Shown one piece after another: positions 23,901 through 37,190 of a DNA stretch of 64,000 bases. Source of the stretch: Callorhinchus milii (Eukaryota); the NCBI RefSeq assembly GCF_018977255.1, contig NW_024704742.1, positions 133,302,001-133,366,000 of the forward strand, in the 5' to 3' direction. The translations under genes and the position numbers were made by a program. Within the stretch, counting starts at the first letter, position 1; each line of letters opens with the position of its first letter. A model generated the notes under the pieces. The model saw only the letters and a list, made by a program, of their open reading frames with translations. It was not told where the DNA came from and made no database searches.

Positions 23901-24780
23901 TGTGTTGGTACAGAAGTCCTCCTGGATTCGCGGTTTACTTGCAACCGAGCCGGCTAGCCTCCTGAACACACACGCACACATGTCAAGTTTCTAAAAAGTG
24001 CTTCACAGACTTATTGTGAAGTGTGATGACTGTGTATTTGTAGGCAAACGCAGCAGCCAATTTGCAAACAGCCATGAAGCAAACAAATATTTTTGGATCC
24101 GGGACATTGTTAGACAAGACGTCAGGAAAAACTCCTCTCCTTTCAAGCAAGAATCTGTGACAAACAGATGGGACCTCTCTGGACTTAACGTCTCATCTGA
24201 AGGACTTTATTCTTCATCATCATATTCTGTATCTCATTATCTTCTTGTGCTCTGCTAGATTAACAGAATGAAGGGTTGATTTTTACCAGTTGCTATAAGC
24301 AGTGAAATTCACTACATCTTTCAGAAGACGTCACTTCAAAACCTGCCTCATGTACTCTACATATAGACAATTCCGCACAGAAAGATCATTAAGGAAGCCT
24401 CCCCTCAATTCCCATGCTCCAGAGACTACACTATGGTGCAATTGGGATGCTATAGGCTGGATTCCCACGCTCCAGGGTTGCCCTGAAACAGAAAGTGTCA
24501 AACTCAACAGCGGGGCCCATTGGGTTTGACACTGACCACTCCCCAATTAGGGAAACTGGGTCAGCAAAGTTGTTGGGGGTGGCCGCGGGGAGGAGGGAGT
24601 GCACCCTTTCAAAATCATTAAGCAACACAGTCTTGCCCCATGCCCTGAGGCCTTCAATCCAATGAGTTGAACAGAAATCTGTGTGTCAATCTGGCTCAGT
24701 TGGTAGTACTCTCGCCTCCGAGTCAGAGATTGTGGTCAGAGATTGTGGGTTCAAGCGCTACGTCGGGTCTTTGAACCCAT

Positions 24781-25133
24781 CAGGGGGAGATATAGGGTCA
24801 AAGGACTGGGCTAACTTGGCTCCACCCCTCTGCCACCTCCCAATCCCAACATAGCACTGATTGGCAGACTGCAGACTGCCAGTCAGTCAGCGAGTGTAAT
24901 GTGGGCAATACCTGACCTTGATTGTTGTCAGTCAGGGTCAGCGGATGGGGTGAGGGGCTGTGGTTGGCAGACTGGGCTGCTAGTCGGTCAGTGGGCAGGC
25001 TGTGGGCAGTTGCAAACAGCAACCCAATCATGGAAAAATATAGGTAAGTGAGTTAGTTTTGGCTGACCTCAAAGTGAATGGGGCAAGGGGAGTGGGTTCA
25101 TGAGACCCCCTGACACCATTAGCTCCGCCACTT
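24781..25133. mobile_element. hAT-like non-autonomous DNA transposon with 8-bp TSD
   Basis: GAACCCAT at 24773-24780 and 25134-25141; degenerate TIRs CAGGGGGAGATATA and rc AAGTGGCGGAGCTA. Confidence 0.7.
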
Positions 25134-25223
25134 GAACCCATTTAGCTTATGCTGACACTCCAGTGCAGTGCTGGGGGTGTACTGCATTGTCGAAGGGGGT
25201 TCCCTTTGGATGAGATGTTACAT

Positions 25224-26410
25224 GGAGTCCTATAGTTTAGTGGTTAGAGACTCGCCTGGGTTTGATTCCCAGGCAGTGCGAAACATTGGACAAGTTTCCT
25301 TACTCCACACGTCTCTGTTTACCTAGCAATAAGTAGATTGTTAGTGCTGGATGAGAGCTAACTTTCTTCAGTTGAACGTCAACAAGCTCAAGGCTCTCCT
25401 GATTGGCTCCCGTCAGTGCCTCCACACCTCAGGCGCTGACAGTATCACCATCCATGGTTGCACATTTCACCTTACTAAGCCAGTCCGGAACCCTGGGGTC
25501 TTGTTTAACCCTCAACTATCCTTTCTAACCCACATTCATGCCATGCCCTGCTCTGCCTTCCCCCACCTCAGCAACATCGCCCGGCTCCGCCACTGTCTCA
25601 CACTGCAGGCCGCCAAAACCCTCATACATTCTTTCATTGGACTGAGGCTTGATTATGCAAACCCCTTGCTTGTCAGCCTCCAACTCCTCCCTCCACAGGC
25701 TGTAGATCATCCATAACTCTGCCGCCCTTGTCCTCCTCCGCACCAGGCTCCGTGACCCTATCACCCCCATCCTTGCCTGACACCACTGGCTTCCCATCAC
25801 ACAGAGGATACAGTTCAAGATTCTGGCCATGCTCCGCCCTACCTCTGCAACCTTCTAACCCCTACCAACCTGCTCGCTCCCTCCGCTCAGCGGACTCCAG
25901 CCTGCTTCACGTCCCCCACCTCACCTGCCCCACTGTTGGCGGGCGGGCCTTAGGCCACTCTGCCCCTATCCTCTGGAACTCCAACCCGCAGTTCCTCTGC
26001 CTCGTCCCCTCGCCTTCTTCAAGACCCACATCAAGAACCTTCCCTTCGACTGTGCTTTCGATCTCCCTGCTTCCCCCCCTGCCCTCCAAAATCCCGACCT
26101 CCAGCTCCGGTCTAAAACACTGGCTGTCCAGCACCTAAGGACATCCTCCTGACGTGAAAGGCGCTTTACAAATTGTTGTCAGTCGACTGGTGGATCACGT
26201 TTCCAAGGGTAATAATTCCTTCAAGATAAATAAAAGAATAATTTGGTCACTCAATCCACGACTGTTCGTGGGACACTGCTGCGCACAGTTGGCTGCCGCG
26301 TTTCTCTCACAAAATATACAGTCGATTCACTTTCTAGTAAATTCTGAGAATCGCTTTGAGACGTCAAAGATGTAATAAAGCGCCACATCAAATGCAAGGA
26401 TTATTATTAA
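25224..26410 (+). mobile_element. Young Deu-SINE (long form) split by L2
   Basis: Head at 25224-25345; body resumes at 26176 with agtcgactggtggatc, then Deu core and tta tail. Confidence 0.85.
25346..26175 (+). mobile_element. L2 3' fragment (~830 bp)
   Basis: WMRANFLQLNVNK..VRNPGVLFNPQLSF..AKTLIHSFI..RLDYAN..HWLPI; flanked by ttgttagt and ttgtcagt. Confidence 0.9.
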
Positions 26411-28258
26411 TATTAAACCAAGGTCCCTTCTGCCTGTTCAGGTGGACATTGAATATACCACGGCACTATTCGAAAAGAGAAAGGAGTTTACCCTAGTTTC
26501 CTGGCCAACAATCCCTCAAAATAAAACTCACTCCACATCTGCTTGTGGAACGTTGCTGTGCGCAATTTGGCTGCTGAGTTTCCTCACAAAATATACACAG
26601 TCACAGCACAGTATATCTATGAAGTACTTTAAGATGTCTCGGTGATGTGAGAGGCGCTATGTCAAATGTCAGAATTATTATAATATCTTATATATTATTT
26701 GAGATACAAAAGTATAACAATCGTATTTGCATCTGATTATAGCGTCTCTCACTTTGGGAGGACGTCTTAAAGTGCTTCACAAGATTTTACTGTGAAGGGC
26801 AGTGACTGTATATTCTGCAGGCAAACACGGCAGCTAATCTTTGCACAGCAAAGTATAACGATTTTTGGGGGGAAAACAGCAACAAAACAAACACACATGT
26901 TGCACACACTACACACGCACACAGTTACCCCTCCCGCACATACAAACAACTTGTACTTTTATATTGCCTTTTATGTGGCGAAGCGTCCGTTTCAAAACTG
27001 TATTAAATTGTAAAACAACTAACTATATTCCACAAAACTGCATCAAGCAACTCTCTCTTCATCGTACAAAAAAAAAGTTAAGAAAACTATGCAGGAATGC
27101 AGACCACATAAAGTGCTGTGACCACAACAAGGATGCAACTCTCAGACACAAGAGCAGAGCTAATCAATACAAACAAAATAACATGCACCCTGAAGTAAGA
27201 AAGAAAAACACAACAACACAGCAATACAGCGCCGAAAACGTCAACTTCCAGAGTAAGTTGACGGGAGAACTTACAGCCAGAAAACAAAACATTCGTTTCA
27301 TCTCTCGAACGGTTTCTCTTCCCCTCTCTGACGACTTGCGTCTAGAAGATGTTTTTATGAAAAAAACACGCAAGAGGATTTCCACAGGAGACTCTGGCCC
27401 TCCGTGTACCATCTATGTACCAAGGCCCGGCTGTCAAAATTGCACACACATTGGACCCCTTTCAGAGATTTGCTGCCCTGCTCGCTAGCGTTCAGAGATC
27501 CGCAGAGCATACAATGCTGAATTCCTATTGTTTGGCCCCACAGAAGGGTTCTAGGAATCAGCTGCTTTGCGCGTTACTCAGATACCAGTCCGCGACAGCA
27601 AATTATTCATATTTAACAAGGCTTCAAGGAAGCCGTGGTATTGGCATGGTCAGAGAGAGAGAGAGAGAGAGAGCGAGAGAGGGAACGAGGGAGGGAGGAA
27701 GAGCATACATGATTTGCAGCCAAAATGTTGCAATGTTATTTTGACCACAAGGCACTGAAGTTAACTTTTAGTAACTTTTAACAGTATGTATCCCTGTGTT
27801 ACCTCGCTATTTTATTATTTAGAGGGTGCAGTGTAAACACTAATCAAAGCTTTAAAGATAGGGCGGTGTGCGTGTGTGGGGGTAGGAGGGGGAGCGATGC
27901 AGGGCAGGGTAAATAAGCAAAAACATGAGTATTAAAGTATTACTTTTGAACCAAGTCCAAACAGCTGCTGAAACAGTGGCTATAATAAGGCTCAGGGCTC
28001 AGCCAGCCAGTCTAAGGGGGTCCCACAGCCCAGCCAGCTCAGTCTGAGGGGCCGTGAGTTCACTGTAAGAATTCGCTGTCAGCAGCAGCCCGTCCAGTCT
28101 TTCTTGGTCGCTGTATTCACTCATCCCTCGAGCAAACTGGAAGTGACAAGGAAGGCAATTTGGACCGTCTGTGGCAAGGCACCAGCACAAACCTACTTGT
28201 TGCCCAAGACGTCACTGTAGACTAACTGCTATTCTGTGCATTCGTGAGAGAATAATTT

Positions 28259-28633
28259 GGAGTCCTCCTGTAGCCTATTGGTTAGAGCCCTCGCCTCGTA
28301 AGCGAGAGGACCCGGGTTCGATTCCCCGGCACGGTGAAACCTTAGGCAAGTTACCTTACTCCGCATGCCGCTGTTTACCTAGCAGTAAGTAGGAACCTGG
28401 TTGTTAGTTGGATCGCCTTCTGGGGTAATAATCCCTTCAAAATAAATAAATAAAATAATAATAACTTGGTCAATCAATTCACGACTGTTTGTGGGACACT
28501 GCTGTGCACAATTGGCTGTTGCGTTTCGCCCATAAAATATACAGTCAATTCACTTTACAGTATATTCTGTGAAGCGCTTCGAGACATCTCAACAACGTGT
28601 TAAGGCGCCATATCAAATGCAAGGATTATTATA
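28259..28633 (+). mobile_element. Young Deu-SINE, long form, full length
   Basis: tRNA-like head with B box gggttcgattccc, Deu core, tail aaatgcaaggattatt. Confidence 0.9.
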
Positions 28634-28639
28634 ATAAAT

Positions 28640-29000
28640 TACAATTTACAATTGTATAGCACCTTTCACATCGGGAGGACGTCTCAAAGCGTTGACAATT
28701 CTGGAGGGGCACTGGGTGAGCTGAGAGGAGGGAGGAGGGAAAAGGGATGACCGAAAGCACAGTCAAAGAGGTATGTTTTGAGGGGTACTTTAAGAGTGGG
28801 GAGGGATGAATTGAATCGTAGGGACCTGGAATGGAAATCTAAAGAGTCGGCACCAAGTAGCTGAAAGCCAGTCCATCGATAGTGGGAGCAGATGGAGAGG
28901 GGGAACATGGGTTAAGGGATGTCGGCCAAACAAAGGGAACAGCCGGGTTGTAAGGGTGAAGGGGTTTGCAGAGGTGGGATGGGTAAGACATGGAGTGATT
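28640..29000 (-). mobile_element. L2 3' fragment, tail-to-tail with the SINE
   Basis: SLPTLKVPLKTYLFDCAF motif; tail gagacgtcctcccgatgtgaaaggtgctatacaattgt. Confidence 0.75.
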
Positions 29001-31675
29001 ATCAAAAGTGTTACCCGGCGCCCCGGATCCAAAGAGAAAACCTTCAGCTCGACTCTCTCTGGGGGTTTCTGAGTCAAGGATAATTTATCAATCGTAAGTC
29101 AAACACTCTACTGCGCTATTTTCATTTATCAACCCATGGTGAAGGGAGGCGCTTAAGACCGTTATGAAAGACACCAGAATGCTGCTCCAAGCTGCTGCCT
29201 GATCCCGAAAATAGATTTCTAAAGTCTTGAGCCAATTTTTTCTTAATTTATAATAGAGCTCCCAGAGCGTCTGACTCTTTCTCTCTCTCTCTCTCTTGCG
29301 TATGTCAAGCAGGCGCTTATTTAACTGCATTCGACTACTATTCTAAATAATAAGTAATGATACAACGCTTGTATCTGATATAGCGCCTACAATATGGTAC
29401 CTCCATCTTCTGTCCTTTCTACACCCTGGGACGTCCTCCAGATGCGAAAGGCGCTGCTGTACAGTAAGTCTCACATGAATCATATCAGTCGGGACGCTAA
29501 GACTTACGCAAATTCCGCGTTGCGGGCAAACTGCTTACGTTGTGTAAAATCTGAATCGATAATCTACGCTGCACATGCGTCATTCAATACGTGATCACTC
29601 GGTGATGGGTCAAGACTATGTTTCCTGGGCTTCGATGAGGCCGATTGGTAAGTATGCACATGTCAATGCCTCACAACATCATTTCCGCGTGATTCAATGC
29701 AGCCGTTAAGTGCGATAGTAATAGACGGTGAGGGGACAGTGTACCAATTGGCAGTGGTGGGGTGGGGGAGCACAGGAACTCTGGATCATTGCGCCCAGTT
29801 ACTCTGGTGAAACAAACCCTGTACTCAGAACTGTCTCATCGGGACACGCAGTGCAGAGCTCCAGCTGTTATTCTTAGAGGAAGAGTCTGGCCACCGTCGT
29901 GATGAAAACAGAAGCCAGCAAAACTGGCGTACACATCTCTTCGTCCTCGCTTACCAGCATGTTTAACTCCAGACCACGGCCAAAGCGAGTCCCCTTCCCT
30001 TATTCACTATAAATCAGTATTCTGCTGCTGCGGCTTGTCAGCAGCTCGCACATGCATGCGGCAGGCAGGCCCTGTAAACACGCACACCCGAGGTCAAGGA
30101 CATGGGGCCTGCAAAACCCAAACAAGGCAAAAGAGAAAGCGACACGACTGGGGAAAACGGACACAGGAAAACGGACTTTGGTCCATGCACTCTAACCGCA
30201 AATATAGCGGTATAGAACTGTTCTTTCACACAACACATGCAGACGTGGCTTACTCTTGGTTTGTTCCCCTCACCCCACTCCCCCCCAAAATATACTGTGA
30301 AGTGAATTAACTGTACATTTTGCGGGCGATACACAGCAGCCAATTGTGCACAGAACCTTTTTTATTGGTCTGTACCTTGTGGATTAACTTTGAGACATAA
30401 TTAACTAAAATGCTTCCCTAAGTTGGGAAAATATTGGCACCTAGTTTGAAATTATCACAAGAGGAAAAATGATCTGCTTTTTTTTTATTATTTTCTCCCT
30501 CCCCTCCTCACTTGTTCTATGAAATTGTTTTGGGGACAGAACTTTCCTACACAAAACGAGGACAGACGGATAAAAAAAAAAGGACGCCCTTTTTTTTCTC
30601 TATTTCTTTTTCTCTTCCATCCAGAAACAGTAAAGCAGCTGGGAATTTTTTAATCTGCAAATTTTCGTTGCATGCAATGTCACGGCTATCCAAAACACTA
30701 CTGAAATCAGTGATATTCCTCAGTGGTTCTTTGCTGAGATGTCGATCAAAGCAATTGGCGAGGCCCACATTTAAGATAATTGCAATAGGCATCATAGGGG
30801 ATGGTTGGAAAATGAACTCAGCAACAACCTCCAAGAGGAAGATGTCCTGGCACTGGGAAGTGAAGCAAGCGCCAACTTTGTTCAAGGACATTTAAAATAA
30901 TTGTCCAAAAAAACTAAAAGAAGCTCCAGCTGTGAGGTTATTTCAAATCCTTTGACACAAAAGAAGAATATAAAGGACGTAAAACAAGTGTAACCTTTGA
31001 TGCCACAACAGGAACAAAATCCAACCATACTTTGTGTCGTCAATTCATCAATACTTTCATTTGGTACAGCAAGATGCACTGCAAAGTGCCATTTGAAAAG
31101 AGAAGGGCGCTTTTCCTGTGGTGTCCCGGCCAACGATTCCCTGGATAAAGTTGTTCATTCGCTTCATGGCTGTTTGTGGTTGTGCGAAAATCGTCTGCCA
31201 ATTTCACCTACAAATATAATCACTGCACTTCACAGCAAAATTGTATTTTGCATCATGTAGGTGAAAGCGGGTTGAGTTCACAGAACATTGTCTATGTGCC
31301 TCAGTAACTATAAACAATTTAGTTTGTCCGGAGAATGTTAGGCTCCTCTTGGCTTCCCTAACATTCAAACGTCAAGCTTTCACGGCTGCTTTCCAAAGTT
31401 GCTCTGGATGTTTGCAGTTTTTTTTGTCGTTATTTATAGAAGGACGGGAGTTCAACAGCAGACAGACTAGACCTGTGCCCATAACTATACGCCTACTTCT
31501 CTTCCCGCCCGACTACTGTCTCTCCCCTCCCCCGACCCCCACCACCCACAATGAACCAGACTGATTTGTCGCCTTACCCCCACCGAACTAACTCAAACGC
31601 ACCTCCAAACACAGACGCTATCCACAGCATTGACAGTTTTCGTGGTCCACAGCCAATACAGTCCAGTACAGTTAT

Positions 31676-32022
31676 TCCTGCAGAGTAGTGGTTTGTGCAC
31701 TCATCTCACAAGCTACAGGACCCAGATTTGATTCCCGGGCGGGATGAACCTTAGGCAAGTTTCCTTACTCCACACGCCACTGTTTACCTAGCAGTAAGTA
31801 GGAACCTAGGTTGTTAGTCGATCGGTGGATTGCTTTCCAGGGTTAATAATTCCTCCCAAAATAATAATAATTTGGTCTCGCAATCCACGATTGTTTGTGG
31901 GACACTGCTGTGCGTTGCCGTGTTTGCCCCACAAAATACACAGTCAATCCATTTTAACATATATTCTTTGACGTCTCGATGACATGATAAGGCGCTATAT
32001 CAAATGCAAGGATTATTATTAT
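31676..32022 (+). mobile_element. Young Deu-SINE, long form
   Basis: Same head, core and tail as the 28259 copy. Confidence 0.85.
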
Positions 32023-33069
32023 ATTTCAGGGCACAGGGTGAAATACATTCGGATGACCAAGGCTTTTTTCTCCGCGCAGAAGGACATTGCATTCAGCAAA
32101 GCATCAAATTAAAGAAAGCAAGGACTGGCCATTCCTCCAGCTCTCTACAGAAAATGAATCCACTTCTTAGCCCTCCCCTCTTTAGCAACAACTAAACTCC
32201 CTCAGTGAGTGCCAAGAAATGCCAAAACTATCTAAACATTACTGCCGCCTCCCTCCGCTCCCCATTCACTCTGTTTACACACACTTGACAATGTTGAGAA
32301 ATTCCCACGTATTCCAAGAACTGAATTTCTTCTCGGTTTTGAAATGCATATGAAAAAAATCACTGCTGGAAGGATAACTCACACTTATTTAATGCCCTTA
32401 TGTTGAAATTCCCAAATATCATGAACTCCATCTTGGTTGGAGTCCCACCAACTCAGTTGCTCCCTCACCTTGTTCAAGTTACGTGCCTCATTTACCGCAC
32501 TCTTAGTCACTCACCAAGGCACATCTCAAAACATACTTTTCACTGCCCTTTTAATCATCTCACGACTGTTTGTGGGACTCTACTGTGTGCAATTCGCTGA
32601 CGTTTTTCACCCACAAAAAATTCAGTCAATTCACTTTACAGTATATTCTGTGAAGCACGATGAGATGTCTCAAAGACGTGATGAGGCGCTATATCAATTG
32701 CAAGAATTATTATTATCTTTCCCCTCCCCACCTTTGCCTCACACCCACAGCTTGGGTGCCTATCCAGCATTGTCAAACTGTTTAAGAGACTTACTCTGTG
32801 AAGGGTGCTATACATATGACTTGTAATAATGTCTGAATCTTTTACAATGGATGTTAACTGAATGTAATATGAGGTAATGTTGCTGATCACCCTCCTCTCC
32901 CACAACTCACCTTTGAGTTTCCTTTAAATTTCAGTAGTTTAGAGGACATGTCCTCAAAATGTTTTGAAGTTTTACTCTGGTAAATTATAATATCAATAAT
33001 AATCCTTCCATTTGATGCATTTCAAGTCAAGCAGCCGTTTTAAACTGCTTTATAGGATATACTGTACGA

Positions 33070-33420
33070 AACAACAACAAACTTACATTTGTATAGTGCC
33101 TTTCACATTGTGAGGATGTCCCAAGGCGCTGGACAGTCAGTATTTTGGACTCAAGGTGGGGGTTGGGATCGGGAAACGTGGAGGTCAGGGCGGAAACAGA
33201 CGACCAAAGGCACGGTCGAAGAGGAGAGTCTGAGATGGGTCTTGAAGAAGGCAAACGAAGGGGTGAAGTGGAGGGACTGTGGGATGGAGTTCCATAGGGT
33301 GGGGGCAGAGTGGCTGAAGGCTCAGGCCCACCAGCCAATGGTGGGGCGGGCAAGGCGGGGGAACGTGAAGCAGGCCAGAGCCCACTGAGGGGAGGGAGTG
33401 AGCAGATTGGTAGGAGGTTA
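33070..33420 (-). mobile_element. L2 3' fragment
   Basis: Same body and (ttg)n tail as the 12029 copy. Confidence 0.85.
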
Positions 33421-35410
33421 GGAGTGTCGTGACTGTGTATTTTGTAAGCAAAAATGCTGCTTCTTGTTTGCTCTGTTTCTGACCCTACTGTCAAGCTCTT
33501 GCAGGTGTTATCCTAAACGAAGGGCTCTGTATAAAAGCAAAAATGACTTGCATTTATAGAGCGCCTTTCACGTGGGCCAGCTTCTCGGCGAAGCTTAAAT
33601 GCAAGTTGTCATGTAGAAAATGGACAAAGGTTAAACCCAAGAACCTTCTAATATCAACTGGACATCTATGCTGTCTTCAGTATTGGATGCATAAAGAGTA
33701 ACAGTGCTCACTGGGATGTATTGACAACTCACCCAACCCTACTGTTTGACAATGCAGATCTGCCATGCAAACCGCTGACAAGCTTGGGATGTGGGTGGGA
33801 GGGGAGAATTAATTGGATATGAATACAGCTGGTGAATCTGACAGTGTCTGTCAACATCAGGCTTCAACCCAGAAGCCTAGACACGCGACCTTTTAAACAG
33901 GCAAGCAACGGTAGGGAAGAAAATACTTATCTTCTAATCAGACAAAAATTCTTCAAACGTTTCTGGGCCTCAAACCAGCTCCTATTGAAAACAAATTGCA
34001 GCTTCCCAAAATCCGAACCCACATAGAATAATAAAATGATATTTTTGGCCCAGTATAATATTCCTTGTACTCAACACTTTCCTCATCACTTTGAGATGTC
34101 TAAATGTCGCTTCAGAGTTTTCTGAGAAGTCTAACGACTGTATATTTTGGAGGCAAATAGAGCAGCCAATCTACGCACAACAATGTCCCACAAATAGCCG
34201 TGAAGTGAATGTGAATTTAAGAAGTTACAGAGTGACGGAAACTTTCTTTCGCTGCGTGCAACTGGCTGCCACATTTCACACACAAAATACAGTCAATCCG
34301 CTAAACAGTATTTCCTGACAAGTGCTTTGAAATGTCTCAGTGATGTGATGAGGCGCTATATCGAATGCAAGGATTATTATTCTTTATAAATTTAGTCTTA
34401 ATTGGAAGCCAGCTTTTTTGCAAAAGTTGCAGAAATCTGTTCTGCCATCTGAATCCGAACAAGTCAACTTCATTAGAACGTCATGGTTGATGTTCCTCTT
34501 TCTTTCACTGATGAATTACATCAATTGTTTGCCCCACGTATATGCTTAAACCCAAGTTACTTGAGTTACTGAGTCAGTAACCTGAGGGCATAATTTTAAA
34601 TAATTACCAAAATCAAAACAGAGGAGACTGTATTTTTTTTTAAAAACACAGGGTTGTTATGATGTGGACTTATCTGGAACAATGATTGAGGTGGAATGCG
34701 CACACCAATCCAGGAAAGGCATTAACATCCATATTAAATGGATTCAAATCCAGATTTATTGAAGGAACAAGAAAAGCGCAAAGGCGCCAAGAATTAAAAT
34801 TAGTGTATGTCTAAATAATCCTTGTGCGGGAGAAAAATAAAGCTAAGAATTTGGCGGAACACAAAGCTATTCATTCAATTTTATGCCTTAGAACTGAAGA
34901 GAAGTCCATAGTTGAAATAGCTATTGCCCCATAGCTCAGTCATGGGTCTGGATTGCAAAACTTTCTGGCTGCACTTCTGAAGTTGCAATCAACTCTGTAC
35001 AATGCAGATCTCTTTTATCCTCATGTCATGTTGCCCGTTCAGTGTTGGTACAGCGGAGTCTTTTGAGCCTGAATGAACCTATCACAGACATCAAACGTGC
35101 ACTGCCAATTTTAGTCATTCTTACATTTGATATCAACATCAAATTTCTCAAAGTGTTTCCACAGGGATTTGTTGTCACGCGCAATTACTCTGAATTTGTA
35201 GGCATAGACAGCAATCTATTTGCACACGGCAATGTCCCGTAAACAGCAATGAACCCAATGACCATTTCTACCTGGAGGATCATTGACCAGGTTACCAATA
35301 AATACTCGCTTCTATCTACAAAAAGCGTCTTTGATGTCAACCTTGGTCTTACATCTCATCCGAAGGATGATATCTCCAAAGATGCAGTGCCTTCCCCCGG
35401 TACTACATTG

Positions 35411-35645
35411 CACGGTGGTCCAACCATTTGGTTTCTGAGGGGACGAGTACCCTATTTGAGAAACATCTGTGGGTTGCATTAGCAATATTTTGTGTTTCCC
35501 TTCCAGAAACACAACATTTATGGGTTATGGAGGGAGTGGATGGGCCAGATGAAATGCGGGGACAGGGGGATGGACGGGGAGAAAAGCGAATAAAATCAGC
35601 CAGCGGGCCGGATGTGGCCCACGGGCCGCCAGTTGAACCATCCTG
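35411..35645. mobile_element. hAT/Charlie-like MITE inside a minus-strand older SINE (about 35120-35748)
   Basis: TIRs CACGGTGGTCCAAC and rc CAGGATGGTTCAAC (11/14), with the Charlie-type subterminal ggcccgtgggccacatccggccc. TSD not clean. Confidence 0.6.
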
Positions 35646-36719
35646 TATTAGGGTATCATCCTGGACAATAAACCCAAGACCAACGACTTGACCGCAGCTT
35701 TTCTGTCTGTGAAGTGATAGTGCCACCAATGGAGCCAAACTGACACCAGAGTGCAGTCTCTGGAAGGGAGATCACCAGAGGAAGTGGTCACACACCACAA
35801 GATATCAAGCATTGCATGCAGATAATATTGCCAAGTATTTCTTTATACTGGGGATTTATCTTTTTTCCTTGTTCTGGCCAAATTATTGCAAAAGACCAAA
35901 TATGTCCATAACTTAAACTGACTCAATTGATCAGTACTTCAACTGCCCTCCGGCTAATTGTTAAAACCATACTGAGTGTGGAACTTTTTATTTTGTCTTA
36001 TAGCAAACTCCCATCTTCAGCACCCAAAGTCATCATTCATTTCTCCCTTCGAGGACAATGTGCTCCAGCGTATGTCAGGCAACACACAGACACGGCCAGA
36101 TGTCAACACACAAAAATGCAGAATGTTCAATTTTTTGGAATGCGTAGCTCCAGAAAGTCATACATGGAATATGATGATAATATTACAAATCCTCAAAATT
36201 GATTGAGACGTTGAGAGGACTTAAAGTGCCTCACAGGATTTTACTGTGTATCTTGTAGGCAAATGCGGCAGCCAATTTGTGCACAGAAATGTTCCACAAA
36301 CAGCCATTAAACGAATGACCGATTTTATTTGGAGGATTGTTGGCTGGACACTAGTAGAAACTACTAATAGAACCAGGCTAACACCCACCTTAATGCCTTA
36401 AGAGAGGAAAATATAATTGAGAGCAGTCAAAACGGCATTGTAGTGTAGCATGATAGAAAGGCAATGCTGTGGGTATGATGAACGTTGGAGGTGCCGTGCT
36501 TCAGATGAGACATTAAACTGAGGCACCATTTGCCTGTTCAGGTGGACATTAAGTACCACCAAGTATCCTGGTCAAAAATCCTCCAAATAGTGTCTGTTTG
36601 TGCGAGACTGCTGTGCGTAAATTGGTTATTGTGTTTGGTTTACAAATTCATGGGTGACTGTACTTCACAGTGAATCCTGTGAAGAGCTTCAAGACATCTC
36701 AATGAGGTGTCAATAAAGG

Positions 36720-37190
36720 AAGCTGAAACCTTCATCCAGGCCTTTGTACCTCCCGCCTTGACTTCTCAAAAGCATTTCTCACTCGTCTTCCTAGTTCCAC
36801 CATCCATAAGGTCCGCCTTGCCCAAATCTGTGTTGACGTTATTTTCGCCCATATCAAACTCTGCCACCCCAATCCCGCCAGGCTCCATTGGCTCCCCTTT
36901 TCCGAAAGGATCAATTCCAAGATTCTCACCCTCACCTACAAATCCCTTCACAAGGGATACAAGTCCTATACACCTCATCTGACTCCTCTATGGCACTGTC
37001 AGGGGTCGTGCCTTCAGTCATTAGGCCCCTAACCTCTGGAACTCCCAGCCTCAATCGCTCTGCCTCGCCCCCTCTTTATCTAGCTTTAAATTTCTCTTTA
37101 AGATTATCTCTTCGACTTCACCTTTGGTCACCTCCTCCTTCTCCCTCGCTTGCTGTCCAACCCTGCTCCGAGATGCTATTGTGCACAAAG
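36720..37190 (+). mobile_element. Degenerate L2 fragment
   Basis: AETFIQAFV, ctccattggctcccc (LHWLP), ctctggaactc. Confidence 0.7.

Larger units (their letters stand above)
24683..26680 (+). mobile_element. Older Deu-SINE split by nested hAT MITE, young SINE and L2
   Basis: Segments 24683-24780, 25134-25220 and 26413-26680 rejoin into one SINE consensus. Confidence 0.8.

Noticed and set aside
26865..27488. Longest ORF in the track (207 aa, plus strand)
   Set aside because: Low-complexity, no recognisable domain, partly repeat-derived, antisense within an intron.
28259..28335. tRNA-like sequences (also near 4380-4453, 60660-60731, 63621-63690)
   Set aside because: They are SINE heads, continuous with Deu core and tail; not free-standing tRNA genes.
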